From contig JACKKF010000009.1 in the NCBI GenBank assembly GCA_020637555.1, positions 13,835 through 77,834 on the forward strand: 64,000 nt of DNA, written 5' to 3'. The notes beneath the pieces are model-generated. The model searched no databases. It was not told where the DNA came from and saw nothing but the letters and a program-made list of their open reading frames with translations. Position numbers and translations under genes: made by a program. Positions 46,972-56,867 of this stretch are shown here, piece by piece. Source of the stretch: Rhodobacter sp. (lineage in GTDB: Bacteria; Pseudomonadota; Alphaproteobacteria; Rhodobacterales; Rhodobacteraceae). The number at the start of each line of letters is the position of its first letter. Position 1 is the stretch's first letter.

Positions 46972-47089
46972 GCTGGCTGAAAAAGGGTGATGTTACCCGC
47001 ATGATCGAGGTTTTCCAGCCAAAAGACCCGCATTTCCGGATTGTCGGGCAGGGGGCGGGGCGCCCGACCGGGGCGCCCCGACGCAACGC

Positions 47090-48589
47090 TCAGTCCATCG
47101 CCTTGAAATTGAAGGCCGCGCCTTCCTTGATGCCCGAGGGCCAGCGCGCCGTCACCGTCTTGGTCCGCGTGTAGAAGCGGAACCCGTCCGGCCCGTGCTG
47201 GTTCAGGTCGCCAAAGCCCGATTTCTTCCAGCCGCCAAAGGTGTGATAGGCCAGCGGCACCGGGATCGGCACGTTGATGCCCACCATGCCGATGTTGATG
47301 CGGTTGGCAAAGTCGCGCGCGGTGTCGCCGTCGCGGGTGAAGATCGCGGTGCCGTTGCCGTATTCGTGGTCGATCGCCATGGTGATCGCCTCTTCATAGG
47401 TTTTCGCGCGCACCATCGACAGCACCGGGCCGAAGATCTCGGTCTTGTAGATGTCCATGTCGGTGGTGACGTGGTCGAACAGATGCGCGCCGACGAAAAA
47501 GCCGTTTTCATAGCCTTGCAGCTTGAAATCGCGGCCATCGACGACCAGTTCGGCGCCCTGTGCCACACCCGATTCCACCAGCCGCAGGATGTTCGCCTTG
47601 GCGGCGGCGGTGACGACCGGGCCAAAGTCCACGTCGTTGCCGGCGGTATAGGGGCCGACCTTCAGCGCCTCGATCTTGGGCACCAGGCGTTCGCGCAGGG
47701 CCTCGGCCGTGCCTTCGCCCACCGGCACCGCGACCGAGATCGCCATGCAGCGTTCGCCCGCCGCGCCGTAACCCGCGCCGACAAGCGCATCGGCGGCCTG
47801 ATCCATGTCGGCGTCAGGCATGATGATCATGTGGTTCTTGGCGCCGCCAAAGCACTGGGCGCGTTTGCCGGTCGCGGCGGCCCGGCTGTAGATGTATTGC
47901 GCGATCGGGGTCGAGCCGACAAATCCCACCGCCCGGATGATTTCGCTGTCGAGGATGCCGTCAACGGCCTCCTTGTCGCCGTTGACGACCTGCAGCACAC
48001 CGTCGGGCAGGCCCGCTTCCTTGCACAGCGCGGCGATCATCAACGGCACCGACGGGTCGCGTTCCGACGGTTTCAGGATCATCGCATTGCCCGAGGACAG
48101 CGCAGGGCCCATCTTCCACAGCGGGATCATGGCCGGGAAGTTGAAGGGCGTGATGCCCGCGACCACGCCGAGCGGCTGGCGCAGCGAATACATGTCGATG
48201 CCGGGGCCGGCCGAGTCGGTGAAGTCGCCTTTCAGCATCTGCGGCGCGCCGATGCAGTATTCGATCACCTCGAGGCCGCGCTGCACGTCGCCCTTGGCAT
48301 CGGGGAAGGTCTTGCCGTGTTCGGCCGACAGGGCCTCGGCCAGTTTGTCCATGTCGCGGTTCAACAGACCGACCAGCGCCATCATCACCCGCGCGCGGCG
48401 CTGCGGATTGGTGGCGGCCCAGGCTTTCTGCGCCTCGGCGGCCGAGGCGATGGCAGCGTCGAGTTCGGCCTTCGAGGCCAGCGCGACCTTGGCCTGAACC
48501 TCGCCCGTGGCGGGGTTGTAGACATCGGCGAAGCGCCCGGATGTGCCTGCGACCAGCTTGCCGTCGATCCAGTGACCGATTTCTTTCAT
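47090..48589 (-). CDS. mmsA: methylmalonate-semialdehyde dehydrogenase (CoA-acylating)
   Basis: MKEIGHWIDGK.., FNFPAMIPLWK, GERCMA (catalytic Cys) and ..GINVPIPVPLAYHTFGGWK.. motifs. Confidence 0.95.
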   Translation of the reverse strand: MKEIGHWIDGKLVAGTSGRFADVYNPATGEVQAKVALASKAELDAAIASAAEAQKAWAATNPQRRARVMMALVGLLNRDMDKLAEALSAEHGKTFPDAKGDVQRGLEVIEYCIGAPQMLKGDFTDSAGPGIDMYSLRQPLGVVAGITPFNFPAMIPLWKMGPALSSGNAMILKPSERDPSVPLMIAALCKEAGLPDGVLQVVNGDKEAVDGILDSEIIRAVGFVGSTPIAQYIYSRAAATGKRAQCFGGAKNHMIIMPDADMDQAADALVGAGYGAAGERCMAISVAVPVGEGTAEALRERLVPKIEALKVGPYTAGNDVDFGPVVTAAAKANILRLVESGVAQGAELVVDGRDFKLQGYENGFFVGAHLFDHVTTDMDIYKTEIFGPVLSMVRAKTYEEAITMAIDHEYGNGTAIFTRDGDTARDFANRINIGMVGINVPIPVPLAYHTFGGWKKSGFGDLNQHGPDGFRFYTRTKTVTARWPSGIKEGAAFNFKAMD

Positions 48590-48686
48590 GGGGTGTCCTC
48601 CTCGGGGTTTGGGGCAGAATAGCCTTGCAGAAATGGCCTGAACAGAGGCAGTTTCCCAAAAGGCGTTTTGCAAGGATGCAAAGCAG

Positions 48687-49640
48687 ATGGCGGATTGGGA
48701 CGATCTGAAAGTGTTTCTGGCGGTGGCGCGGGGCGAAAGCCTGTCGCGCGCGGGCCGGATGCTGAAACTGGACGCGGCCACCGTGGGGCGCCGCATCGCC
48801 CGGCTCGAGGACGCCGTCGCGGTGCGTCTGTTCACCCGGTCGCCACAGGGCTACCTGCTGACCGACGAGGGCGGCCGCCTGGTCGCCCATGCCGAGGCGA
48901 TGGAAAGCGAGGTCGCGCGCGCCCGTGACGCGCTGGCCGGCACGGCCGAGGGGATCAGCGGACAGGTCCGCATCGGCGCGCCCGACGGCTGCGCGAACTA
49001 TCTTCTGCCGCAGGTGGTTGCCGGGATCGTGGCGCAGAATCCCGGCCTCGAGGTGCAGATCGTCGCCCTGCCGCGCGTCTTCAGCCTGACCCGGCGCGAG
49101 GCCGACATGGTGATCGCCGTCTCGCGTCCCGAACAGGGCCGGGTCATCGCGACCAAGATCACCGATTATCGCCTGCATCTGGCGGCCTCGGCCCGCTATC
49201 TGGACGCCGCGCCGCCGTTGCGCGGGCTCGAGGACCTGCGCGCCCATCGTGTCATCGGCTACATTCCCGACATGATCTTTGATCGCGAGCTTGACTATCT
49301 GGCCGATCTGGGGGTGGAGCAGCCGCCTGTCGCGTCGAATTCGGTTTCGGTGCAGCTGAACCTGATGCGGCAGGGCGCGGGCGTGGGCGTCGTGCATGAC
49401 TTTGCCTTGCCAGCCGCGCCGGGCGTTCGGCGCGTCCTGACCGCTGACTTCAGTCTGACCCGGTCCTTCTATCTGGTGCGCCATGCCGACGACCGCAACG
49501 TGCCGCGCATCGACCGCTTTGCCGAGGCCCTGACCCTGGGCATGCGGGCGGAAACCCGCCGGCTCGAGGGGCTGGTGGCGCGGGGTGCGGCGGGGGTCTG
49601 CGATGGCGGTGAAGCCCTTTCATCTGAAATCAACCCTTGA
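48687..49640 (+). CDS. LysR-family transcriptional regulator, divergent from mmsA
   Basis: N-terminal DDLKVFLAVARGESLSRAGRMLKLDAATVGRRIARLE HTH. Confidence 0.85.
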   Translation: MADWDDLKVFLAVARGESLSRAGRMLKLDAATVGRRIARLEDAVAVRLFTRSPQGYLLTDEGGRLVAHAEAMESEVARARDALAGTAEGISGQVRIGAPDGCANYLLPQVVAGIVAQNPGLEVQIVALPRVFSLTRREADMVIAVSRPEQGRVIATKITDYRLHLAASARYLDAAPPLRGLEDLRAHRVIGYIPDMIFDRELDYLADLGVEQPPVASNSVSVQLNLMRQGAGVGVVHDFALPAAPGVRRVLTADFSLTRSFYLVRHADDRNVPRIDRFAEALTLGMRAETRRLEGLVARGAAGVCDGGEALSSEINP

Positions 49641-49698
49641 CAGACTCTCGGTCAAGATGCCGACTGTCAGGGCAAGCACGGACGAACGGAGGTGCCCC

Positions 49699-50130
49699 AT
49701 GATTGTCAGCCAGATCCTCAAGACCAAGGGAACGGGTATCGTGACCATCGCGCCGGGTTCGACCCTCCGCGAGGTGGTCGAGCTGCTGTCAACCCGCCGG
49801 ATCGGCGCTGTCGTCGTCTCGACCGATGGCAAGACCGCCCGCGGCATCGTGTCCGAACGCGATATCGTGCGCGAACTGGGGCGCGTGGGGCCGACGTGCC
49901 TGGATCAGACCGTGGACAAGATCATGACCCGCGCCATCTATTCCTGCGCGCCGGGTGACACCACGCTGTCGGTTCTGGAAACCATGACCACCCGCCGGTT
50001 CCGCCACATGCCGGTGATGGAGGACAACGAGATGATCGGCTTCATCTCGATCGGGGATGTGGTCGCCGCACGGTTGAGCGAACTGCAGGCGGAAAAGGAC
50101 GCGCTCACCGGCATGATCATGGGCAACTGA
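49699..50130 (+). CDS. CBS-domain pair protein
   Basis: GGAGG SD; two CBS repeats (..IGAVVV...G...GIVSERDIVR.. and ..RHMPVMEDNEMIGFISIGDVV..). Confidence 0.85.
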   Translation: MIVSQILKTKGTGIVTIAPGSTLREVVELLSTRRIGAVVVSTDGKTARGIVSERDIVRELGRVGPTCLDQTVDKIMTRAIYSCAPGDTTLSVLETMTTRRFRHMPVMEDNEMIGFISIGDVVAARLSELQAEKDALTGMIMGN

Positions 50131-50250
50131 CCCGCGCCGGTCGGGGGAGGTGGCGGAACCCGTGGGCCGCCGCCCCCGGTTTCTGCACTTGCATTGCGGC
50201 GCGCAATATTGTTGCGTGGCCCCCGAACTGACAGCCGCAAGGGGATCACC

Positions 50251-50763
50251 ATGCGTATCGGACTGTATCCGGGGACCTTCGACCCACTGACGCTGGGCCA
50301 TATGGACATCATCACCCGCGCCTGCGCACTGGTGGACCGGCTGGTGATCGGCGTTGCGATCAACCGCGACAAGGGGCCGCTGTTCTCGCTGGATGAACGG
50401 GTCGCCATGGTCGAGGGCGAGACCGCCGCCCTCTCGCGCCGCACCGGGGTCGAGATCGTGGTGCATCCGTTCGAAAACCTGCTGATCGACTGCGCCCGCG
50501 ATGTGAACGCGGGGGTCATCATTCGCGGCCTGCGCGCGGTGGCGGATTTCGAATACGAGTTCCAGATGGTCGGCATGAACCGGGCGCTTGATGACAAGAT
50601 CGAGACGGTTTTCCTGATGGCCGACGCGCGGCGACAGGCGATTGCCTCGAAACTGGTCAAGGAAATCGCGCGATTAGGCGGCGACGTGACCAAGTTCGTG
50701 CCCGCGCCCATCAACACCGCCCTGCGCGACCGCTTTGGTCCCACACTCGACCGCGAACGCTGA
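50251..50763 (+). CDS. coaD: phosphopantetheine adenylyltransferase
   Basis: YPGTFDPLTLGHMDII and RGLRAVADFEYE motifs. Confidence 0.95.
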   Translation: MRIGLYPGTFDPLTLGHMDIITRACALVDRLVIGVAINRDKGPLFSLDERVAMVEGETAALSRRTGVEIVVHPFENLLIDCARDVNAGVIIRGLRAVADFEYEFQMVGMNRALDDKIETVFLMADARRQAIASKLVKEIARLGGDVTKFVPAPINTALRDRFGPTLDRER

Positions 50764-50768
50764 CCGGG

Positions 50769-53300
50769 TCAGCCGGGCCGGGGCGCTTCGGCTTCGGCCG
50801 CCGCTTCGAGGGTGCCCAGATCCAGCGCGACCCCGCGTTTGCGGGCGCTGTCCATGACGGCCTGCCGCAGGCCCGCATCCTTGCGCAGCAGGTCCTGAAA
50901 GCGGGCCTCGTCCAGCGTCAGCAGCGTGCAATGCGTGATCGCCGTGGTGCGCCCGCGCCTGAGGCCACGGCGCAGCAGCGCCAGATGGCCGAACATCTCG
51001 CCCGGTCCCAACCGCAGCACGACACCCGCGCGCACCTGTTCCACCGCCCCCGAGGCGATGAACCAGACCTTGCGCGGCACTTCGTTGCGCTCCATCAGGA
51101 CCGTTCCGGGCGCCACATAATGCGTTCGCATCCGCCGGATCAGCATGGCCCGGCTTGAGTCGGGCATGTCGGCAAACAGCGGAAAGGCCGAGATCAGCGT
51201 CGTGCGCTGGATCGCCAGATCCAGCCGCGGACGACGCGCCATCGCCGCGCGCCGCTTGGCGATGCCGGCCGTCAGGGCGTGGCGCAACTCGGGGCCGATC
51301 AGCCCGTCCTCGACCAGCGCGGCGTATTCGTATTCCTCTTGCGCCAGGACCATCTGACGGATGAGGCGTCGCTCCAGATCCTCGGCATAGCCGGGGAACT
51401 GCAACCTCAGACCATCCAGCGCGCGTTCGGTCTGCTCCATCCGCCGTTCCAGCAGGTCGTGCAGCAGATCGGCCACGCGCTTGCCATGGATGCGGCGAAT
51501 GCGGGTATCGATGAACACGTGCAGATCACGCAGGATCGGCCCCAGCGCGACCAGATGCTCGAACCGGTCGGCGGTCTGGCGGGCCAGCAGGCCGGACAGA
51601 CGGAGCCGGTTGTGCAGGAACCCGGCCAGCCCCTGCAACGGCCCGGTGCGCTGCACGAAACGGGCGGTGTTCAGATAGCCCAGCCGGCCCCCGGCGCGGG
51701 TGCCCTCGATCAGGCGGTCGGCATCGGCGACCATGCGCGTGGCCAGGCGCGGCGCCAGCAGGCCGTCGCTGAAGCTTTCGGTCACGAGGTCCCGTTCACG
51801 CCCGGCCAGCGCCACCAGGCCCAGAGTGATGCGGTCGCGATCGGGAATGTCGGCGCGTTCATCGGCATCGGCCACGGCCTCATCGACCCGGGCCGCGAAA
51901 TGCTTGGCCTCGTCGCGCACGGTCTCGCGCGCAAGGCCGATCTCGCGCGCGGTGTCGCTGACGGTTTCGCGCACCGATTGCAGCGCGACCGCAACGACCT
52001 GCGCCGACAGGGCCGCATCCAGTGCCGACAGCTTGTCCAATCCCAGCCGGTGAATGACCCAGCGCAAGGTGGTGCCCTGCACCATCAGGGTGAACAGGGT
52101 GAAACCGGTGGCAATGATGCCGACCTGACGCTTGATATCGGGCGGGATGCGGAAGCTTTCGGTCACCGCCAGCGCAAGGGCCAGGGTGACCGCGCCCCGC
52201 AAGCCGCCCCACAGGATCGCGGTGCGCTGGCGGGCCTCGACCCGGGGCGACAGATTGAGCCGCGTCAACAGCGGCATCAGCCCGAACAGGATTGCCGCCC
52301 TGGCCGCCAGGGTCGCCGCCACGGTGATCGCGATCAGCACCAGGTCGAACAGTTGCGCGCTGGCCAGCAGGCGCGGGATCAGGATCGCCGCCAGAACGAA
52401 GATCAGGCCGCCCGCCCAGTATCCCAGCAGGTCCCAGGTCTCGCTCAGGGTTTCGCGCGCGCCCGCCGACAGGTTGCCCGGCGCATGAAAGTTCAACGCC
52501 AGTCCCGCCGCCACCACCGCGATCACGCCCGAGGCGCCCAGCAGCGTCTCGGCCAGGATATAGACGGTGTAGGGCAGGGCGACCGACAGCGACACCTGCC
52601 CCAGGGGGTGATCGCCCAGGCGCGCGATGGCCGCCAGCGCCAATCGCCCGGCCAGCCAGCCGGTCACCGCGCCGCCGCCGACCAGCCAGGGAAACCGCAC
52701 CACCACATCCGACAGTTGCGGGTTCGGGATGCCAAAGGCGACAAAGGCGAAGAACAGCGAAAAGAGGGCGATCGCCGCGGCGTCATTGAGCAGGCTTTCG
52801 CCTTCGACGATGCGGGCCAGCCGCAAGGGCGCGGGGGTCGCCCGAAAGATGCCGACCACCGCCGACGGATCCGTGGTGGACACGATGGCGCCGATCATCA
52901 GGCAGGCAAACAGCGACAGGCCCGAAAAGGGCACCAGCGCCCAGCCGACGACCAGCGTGCTGACCACCACCGCGACGACCGCCAGCAGCAGGATGGGCAC
53001 CCAGTCGTCCAGCATGCGCCGCAGGTCGATGGTCAGGGAAACCTGAAAGATCAGCGTCGGTAGAAAGACATAGAGAAACAGGTTCGACCGGATGGGCAGG
53101 TCCTGGATGCGGGCCGCGGCCTCGCTCAGGGCCTCGGACGGGGGCAGCCAGGTGACCAGCGCCGAGGCCGCCCCCAAAAGGATGCCGATCAGCGCCAGGA
53201 TCACCGTGGACGGCAGCCGCAACCGGTCTGCGATGGGTTCGGACAGGCCGATCAGGGCAAACAGAACAGAGGCGGTGGCGACAATTGCAACAAGGTCCAT
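50769..53300 (-). CDS. CPA1 (NhaP-type) cation/proton antiporter fused to a long helical linker and a C-terminal cyclic-nucleotide-binding domain (843 aa)
   Basis: About 410 aa of TM helices with ..GESLLNDA... The C-terminus ..VWFIASGAVE......LGPGEMFGHLALL....R..T. is a cNMP-binding fold. Confidence 0.85.
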   Translation of the reverse strand: MDLVAIVATASVLFALIGLSEPIADRLRLPSTVILALIGILLGAASALVTWLPPSEALSEAAARIQDLPIRSNLFLYVFLPTLIFQVSLTIDLRRMLDDWVPILLLAVVAVVVSTLVVGWALVPFSGLSLFACLMIGAIVSTTDPSAVVGIFRATPAPLRLARIVEGESLLNDAAAIALFSLFFAFVAFGIPNPQLSDVVVRFPWLVGGGAVTGWLAGRLALAAIARLGDHPLGQVSLSVALPYTVYILAETLLGASGVIAVVAAGLALNFHAPGNLSAGARETLSETWDLLGYWAGGLIFVLAAILIPRLLASAQLFDLVLIAITVAATLAARAAILFGLMPLLTRLNLSPRVEARQRTAILWGGLRGAVTLALALAVTESFRIPPDIKRQVGIIATGFTLFTLMVQGTTLRWVIHRLGLDKLSALDAALSAQVVAVALQSVRETVSDTAREIGLARETVRDEAKHFAARVDEAVADADERADIPDRDRITLGLVALAGRERDLVTESFSDGLLAPRLATRMVADADRLIEGTRAGGRLGYLNTARFVQRTGPLQGLAGFLHNRLRLSGLLARQTADRFEHLVALGPILRDLHVFIDTRIRRIHGKRVADLLHDLLERRMEQTERALDGLRLQFPGYAEDLERRLIRQMVLAQEEYEYAALVEDGLIGPELRHALTAGIAKRRAAMARRPRLDLAIQRTTLISAFPLFADMPDSSRAMLIRRMRTHYVAPGTVLMERNEVPRKVWFIASGAVEQVRAGVVLRLGPGEMFGHLALLRRGLRRGRTTAITHCTLLTLDEARFQDLLRKDAGLRQAVMDSARKRGVALDLGTLEAAAEAEAPRPG

Positions 53301-53383
53301 GTGCCCAAGATATAAGGAAAAACCCTAATGGGCGAGAGCCGTCAGGGACACATTTTCCTCACCCGCTGTAACACGGGCCGGGG

Positions 53384-54385
53384 TCAGCCCAGTTTGCCGA
53401 TCGCCGCGGCGGTATCCAGCATCCGGTTGGAAAAGCCCCATTCGTTGTCATACCAGGCCAGCACGCGCACCATCGTGCCCCCCAGAACCCGCGTCTGATC
53501 CAGCGCGGCAATGGACGAGCGGCTGTCATGGTTGAAGTCGATCGAGACGTTCTTGTCCCCCGTGACGCCCAGCACGCCTGTCAACGGGCCCTGCGCGGCG
53601 GCCGAAAGGGCTGCGTTGATCTCGTCGACACTGGTGGCGCGGCCGGCCTCGATCGTCAGGTCCACCGCCGAGACATTCGGCGTCGGCACCCGCATTGCCA
53701 CGCCGTCGAGCTTTCCGTCCAGCTCGGGCAGCACCAGGCCCACCGCCCGCGCCGCGCCGGTCGAGGTCGGGATCATGCTCATCGCCGCGGCGCGCGTGCG
53801 ATAGAGGTCGCGGTGCAGGCGGTCCAGTGTGGGCTGGTCGCCGGTATAGGAATGGATCGTGGTCATGAACCCCTTGGTGATGCCGACCGTGTCGTTCAAC
53901 ACCTTGGCGACCGGGCTCAGACAATTCGTCGTGCAGGACGCGTTCGAGATCACCCGATGCGCCGGGGTCAGCGTCTTGTGGTTGACACCATAGACGATCG
54001 TCGCATCCGCGCCCTTCGAGGGGGCCGAGACGAGCACCCGCGTCGCGCCGTTCTCCAGATGGACCCGGGCCTTGTCGGCATCGGTGAAGACGCCGGTGCA
54101 TTCCAGCACGACATCGACATCCTGCCACGGCAGCTCGGCGGGATTGCGCAGCGCGGTCACGCGGATCGGGCCCTGGCCCACATCCATCCAGTCGGCGCCG
54201 GTCGTCACCTCGCCGGGAAACCGGCCGTGCACGCTGTCGAACCGCATCAGATGGGCGTTGGTCTCGACCGGGCCCAGATCGTTGATGGCGACGACCTGCA
54301 GGTCGGTGCGCCTCTGGTCCATCAGCGCGCGCAGCACGAGGCGGCCGATGCGTCCGAACCCGTTGATGGCAAGAGTGGTGGTCAT
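53384..54385 (-). CDS. gap: type I glyceraldehyde-3-phosphate dehydrogenase (paralogue 1, intact)
   Basis: INGFGRIGR, SNASCTTNCL and WYDNEWGFS motifs. Confidence 0.95.
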   Translation of the reverse strand: MTTTLAINGFGRIGRLVLRALMDQRRTDLQVVAINDLGPVETNAHLMRFDSVHGRFPGEVTTGADWMDVGQGPIRVTALRNPAELPWQDVDVVLECTGVFTDADKARVHLENGATRVLVSAPSKGADATIVYGVNHKTLTPAHRVISNASCTTNCLSPVAKVLNDTVGITKGFMTTIHSYTGDQPTLDRLHRDLYRTRAAAMSMIPTSTGAARAVGLVLPELDGKLDGVAMRVPTPNVSAVDLTIEAGRATSVDEINAALSAAAQGPLTGVLGVTGDKNVSIDFNHDSRSSIAALDQTRVLGGTMVRVLAWYDNEWGFSNRMLDTAAAIGKLG

Positions 54386-54563
54386 GGTGCGCTCCAGGAA
54401 CCCCGGAATGGGGCTTGTTGGCGCTAACACCACAAATCGCGCAAAAAGTCAATGCCGCGCCGCAGCAGGAGCCGGGTGCCGAGGGCGCCCGGTTCGGTCC
54501 AGATCGTCCACCCCCACCCGCAATACTGCGCGCCAACCGACGACCCTCAGCGCGCGGTAGGCT

Positions 54564-54573
54564 GGGGGGGGGG
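54564..54573. repeat. G10 homopolymer tract
   Basis: Read directly (gctGGGGGGGGGGaacgg). It lies 179 nt upstream of the gap paralogue 1 start, at the left edge of the lower-GC segment. Confidence 0.9.
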
Positions 54574-54794
54574 AACGGACATTCGCGGCTCAGAGCACTG
54601 AAGCCCGTTGTGCGGGACAAAGTGAGCTTTCGCTGCGGCTACACCAAGGTCCGCTTCAGCGATCGGTGCTGGTCAAAAACGGTCGTTTGCGCCGGTGACA
54701 GAAACGCACGAGTTTTGTCATTTCTCATCGTCTGGTGTCGCCCGAGTGACAGTAGAGTGGCACAAGACTAGGGTGGTCACGTCAAGGGGGTACT

Positions 54795-55505
54795 ATGGGC
54801 AAGCTCAACTTCGTGGAATTCGGCGCAGGGTCGCCGCTGATTATCCTTCACGGTGGCAAGCTGGACCACCGACATATGGTTGATGCGATAGAACCGGTCT
54901 TCAACGGTCTTGAGGGCTGGCACAGGATTTATCTGGACTTGCCCGGGTGTGGTGCGTCGGCCGGGTTTCAAGATGTCCAGTCGCAAGATGACGTTGCGAG
55001 CCGCGTTCTGGAATTCTCGCAGACGGTTGCGGAACGCGGACGTGTCGCGGTGATCGGTGAGTCCCGTGGCAGCTATGTTGCCCAAGGATTGGCGCATTTG
55101 TCCCCTGATCTGATCTCCGGTCTTTGCCTTATCGTCCCAGGAGGTTTTCCGACTGACCCGCCACCGCCGAAACCTGGGGTGCAAACCATGGTCGCGAGAC
55201 CTGATTTGCTAGAAAATCTTCCCCCGGCGGTCTTAGGCCGCGCCGAGTATCTGGTCGTCCAGAACGCCGAGATCATCGAGAAAATCCGCGATACAAAAGT
55301 TCCTGCGGCGGAGTTGCACGATGCTGAACTAGAAGCGCGAGTGGCAATGAGTTTCCTGTTCTCCTTTCACGACGAATTGCTTTCATCACGGTTCGAAAGG
55401 CCATCGCTGATCCTTTCGGGCAGACAGGACTCAATATCCGGCTATGCTGATACGATGGCGATGCTGGAATGCTATCTGAACCGCGCCGGGTTTGCCGGAG
55501 GCTGA
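54795..55505 (+). pseudogene. alpha/beta hydrolase truncated by the IS (native sequence ends at 55476; the last 9 codons read into the IS inverted repeat)
   Basis: HGG oxyanion motif, nucleophile elbow GESRGS and acid residue SGRQDS are present. The catalytic His region is missing. Codon usage is lower-GC. Confidence 0.7.
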
Positions 55506-55515
55506 TTGACGTCAG

Positions 55516-56424
55516 TTACGCGGCCATGGCTTCAGCTTCCAGAGCCGCGTAGAAGTTGGCTTCGGCTTCCGCAGGCGGGATGTTCCCGATCGGCTCGAGG
55601 ATACGTCGGTTGTTGAACCAGTCCACCCATTCGAGAGTCGCGTATTCCACGGCCTCGAAGCTGCGCCATGGCCCGCGGCGGTGGATGACCTCGGCCTTGT
55701 ACAGCCCGTTGATCGTCTCGGCCAGCGCGTTGTCGTAGCTGTCTCCGACGCTGCCCACCGAGGGCTCGATGCCTGCCTCGGCGAGCCGCTCGCTGTAGCG
55801 AATGGACAGGTATTGCGAACCGCGGTCGCTATGGTGAACCAGCCCCATGCCCTTGCCGGGACGACGCTGGTGAACCGCCTGCTCCAGAGCATCGAGGACG
55901 AAACCGGCATGGGCCGAGGTGCTGACCCGCCAGCCGACGATGCGGCGGGCATAGGCGTCGATGACGAAGGCCACATAGGCGAACCCCTTCCACGTGGCGA
56001 CGTAGGTGAAGTCGCTGACCCAGAGCCTGTTCGGCGCGGGCACGCGGAACTGGCGGTTCACCCTGTCCAGCGGACTGGGCGCCTTCCTGTCGGGGATCGT
56101 CGTCCTGTGCGGCTTGCCGCGGATAATGCCCTGAATACCCATGCTCTTCATCAGCCGCGCGACCGTGCAGCGGGCCACATCGAAACCCTCGCGGCGAAGC
56201 TGCCGCCAGATCTTCCGGACGCCGTAGACCCGCCAGTTCTGCTCAAACACACGCCGGATCTCGGGGCACAAAGCCTCATCCCGCCGCGCACGGTCCGACC
56301 GCCGGGAGGGATCAGCCCGCCTGGCCAGGTGATCGTAATAGGTGGAAGGGGCAATCGGCAAAACGTTGCAAATCGGCTCGACCCCGTGCGCATCCCGGTG
56401 CGCGTCGATAAAACCCACCATCAC
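55516..56424 (-). CDS. IS3-family transposase OrfB (DDE/rve integrase core), expressed as an OrfAB fusion by -1 frameshifting
   Basis: [16 protein letters not shown] and DNALAESF-like [15 protein letters not shown] motifs. The -1 frame relative to orfA stays open upstream through a TATTTTG stretch (56453-56459). Confidence 0.9.
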   Translation of the reverse strand: MMVGFIDAHRDAHGVEPICNVLPIAPSTYYDHLARRADPSRRSDRARRDEALCPEIRRVFEQNWRVYGVRKIWRQLRREGFDVARCTVARLMKSMGIQGIIRGKPHRTTIPDRKAPSPLDRVNRQFRVPAPNRLWVSDFTYVATWKGFAYVAFVIDAYARRIVGWRVSTSAHAGFVLDALEQAVHQRRPGKGMGLVHHSDRGSQYLSIRYSERLAEAGIEPSVGSVGDSYDNALAETINGLYKAEVIHRRGPWRSFEAVEYATLEWVDWFNNRRILEPIGNIPPAEAEANFYAALEAEAMAA

Positions 56425-56744
56425 TTCGACCGGCGGTCGAGCTCCGCCATCGCAAAATACGCGCTCGCCTTGCGGAGGATCTCGTTCGCTTGGCGCAGTT
56501 CGCGGTTCTCTCGCTCCAGCGCCTTCATCCGCTCGGCTAGTTCGGTGGGGACACCCGCGCGCTTGCCGCTGTCGACCTCGGCCTTCTTGACCCAGTCATT
56601 CAGTGTATGTGCCGAGCAGCCGATCTTCGCGGCGATCGACACGATGGCCTGCCAACGTGACCCGTGCTGGCCTTCGGTATCCAACACCAACCGCACAGCG
56701 CGTTCGCGCACCTCAGGGGAAAACTTGTTCGTGGTCTTGCTCAT
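56421..56744 (-). CDS. IS3-family transposase OrfA (HTH plus leucine zipper)
   Basis: [14 protein letters not shown]......W.AI.SIA.KIGC...TL..WV and ..[25 protein letters not shown] motifs. Confidence 0.9.
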   Translation of the reverse strand: MSKTTNKFSPEVRERAVRLVLDTEGQHGSRWQAIVSIAAKIGCSAHTLNDWVKKAEVDSGKRAGVPTELAERMKALERENRELRQANEILRKASAYFAMAELDRRSK

Positions 56745-56867
56745 GATGCTCCATCCTACTCAGGAGTTGGAGCCTCCGGCAAACCCGGCGCGGTTCATTG
56801 CAGCCAAGTTCTGTCTGTCAAATTTAGACCCATGTCTCTTGGCGGTGCGATGCGAGAGGGAAATAAA

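Larger units (their letters stand above)
55477..56797 (-). mobile_element. IS3-family insertion sequence (1321 bp) with perfect 27-bp terminal inverted repeats
   Basis: IR TGAACCGCGCCGGGTTTGCCGGAGGCT at 55477-55503 and its exact reverse complement at 56771-56797. Encloses orfA/orfB. The ends and OrfA resemble the E. coli IS3 type as I remember it. Confidence 0.9.

Noticed and set aside
50195-50215. Palindrome ATTGCG-gcg-CGCAAT upstream of coaD
   Set aside because: It is a single short dyad in a GC-rich spacer with no U-tract and no second copy. That is insufficient to call a terminator or operator.
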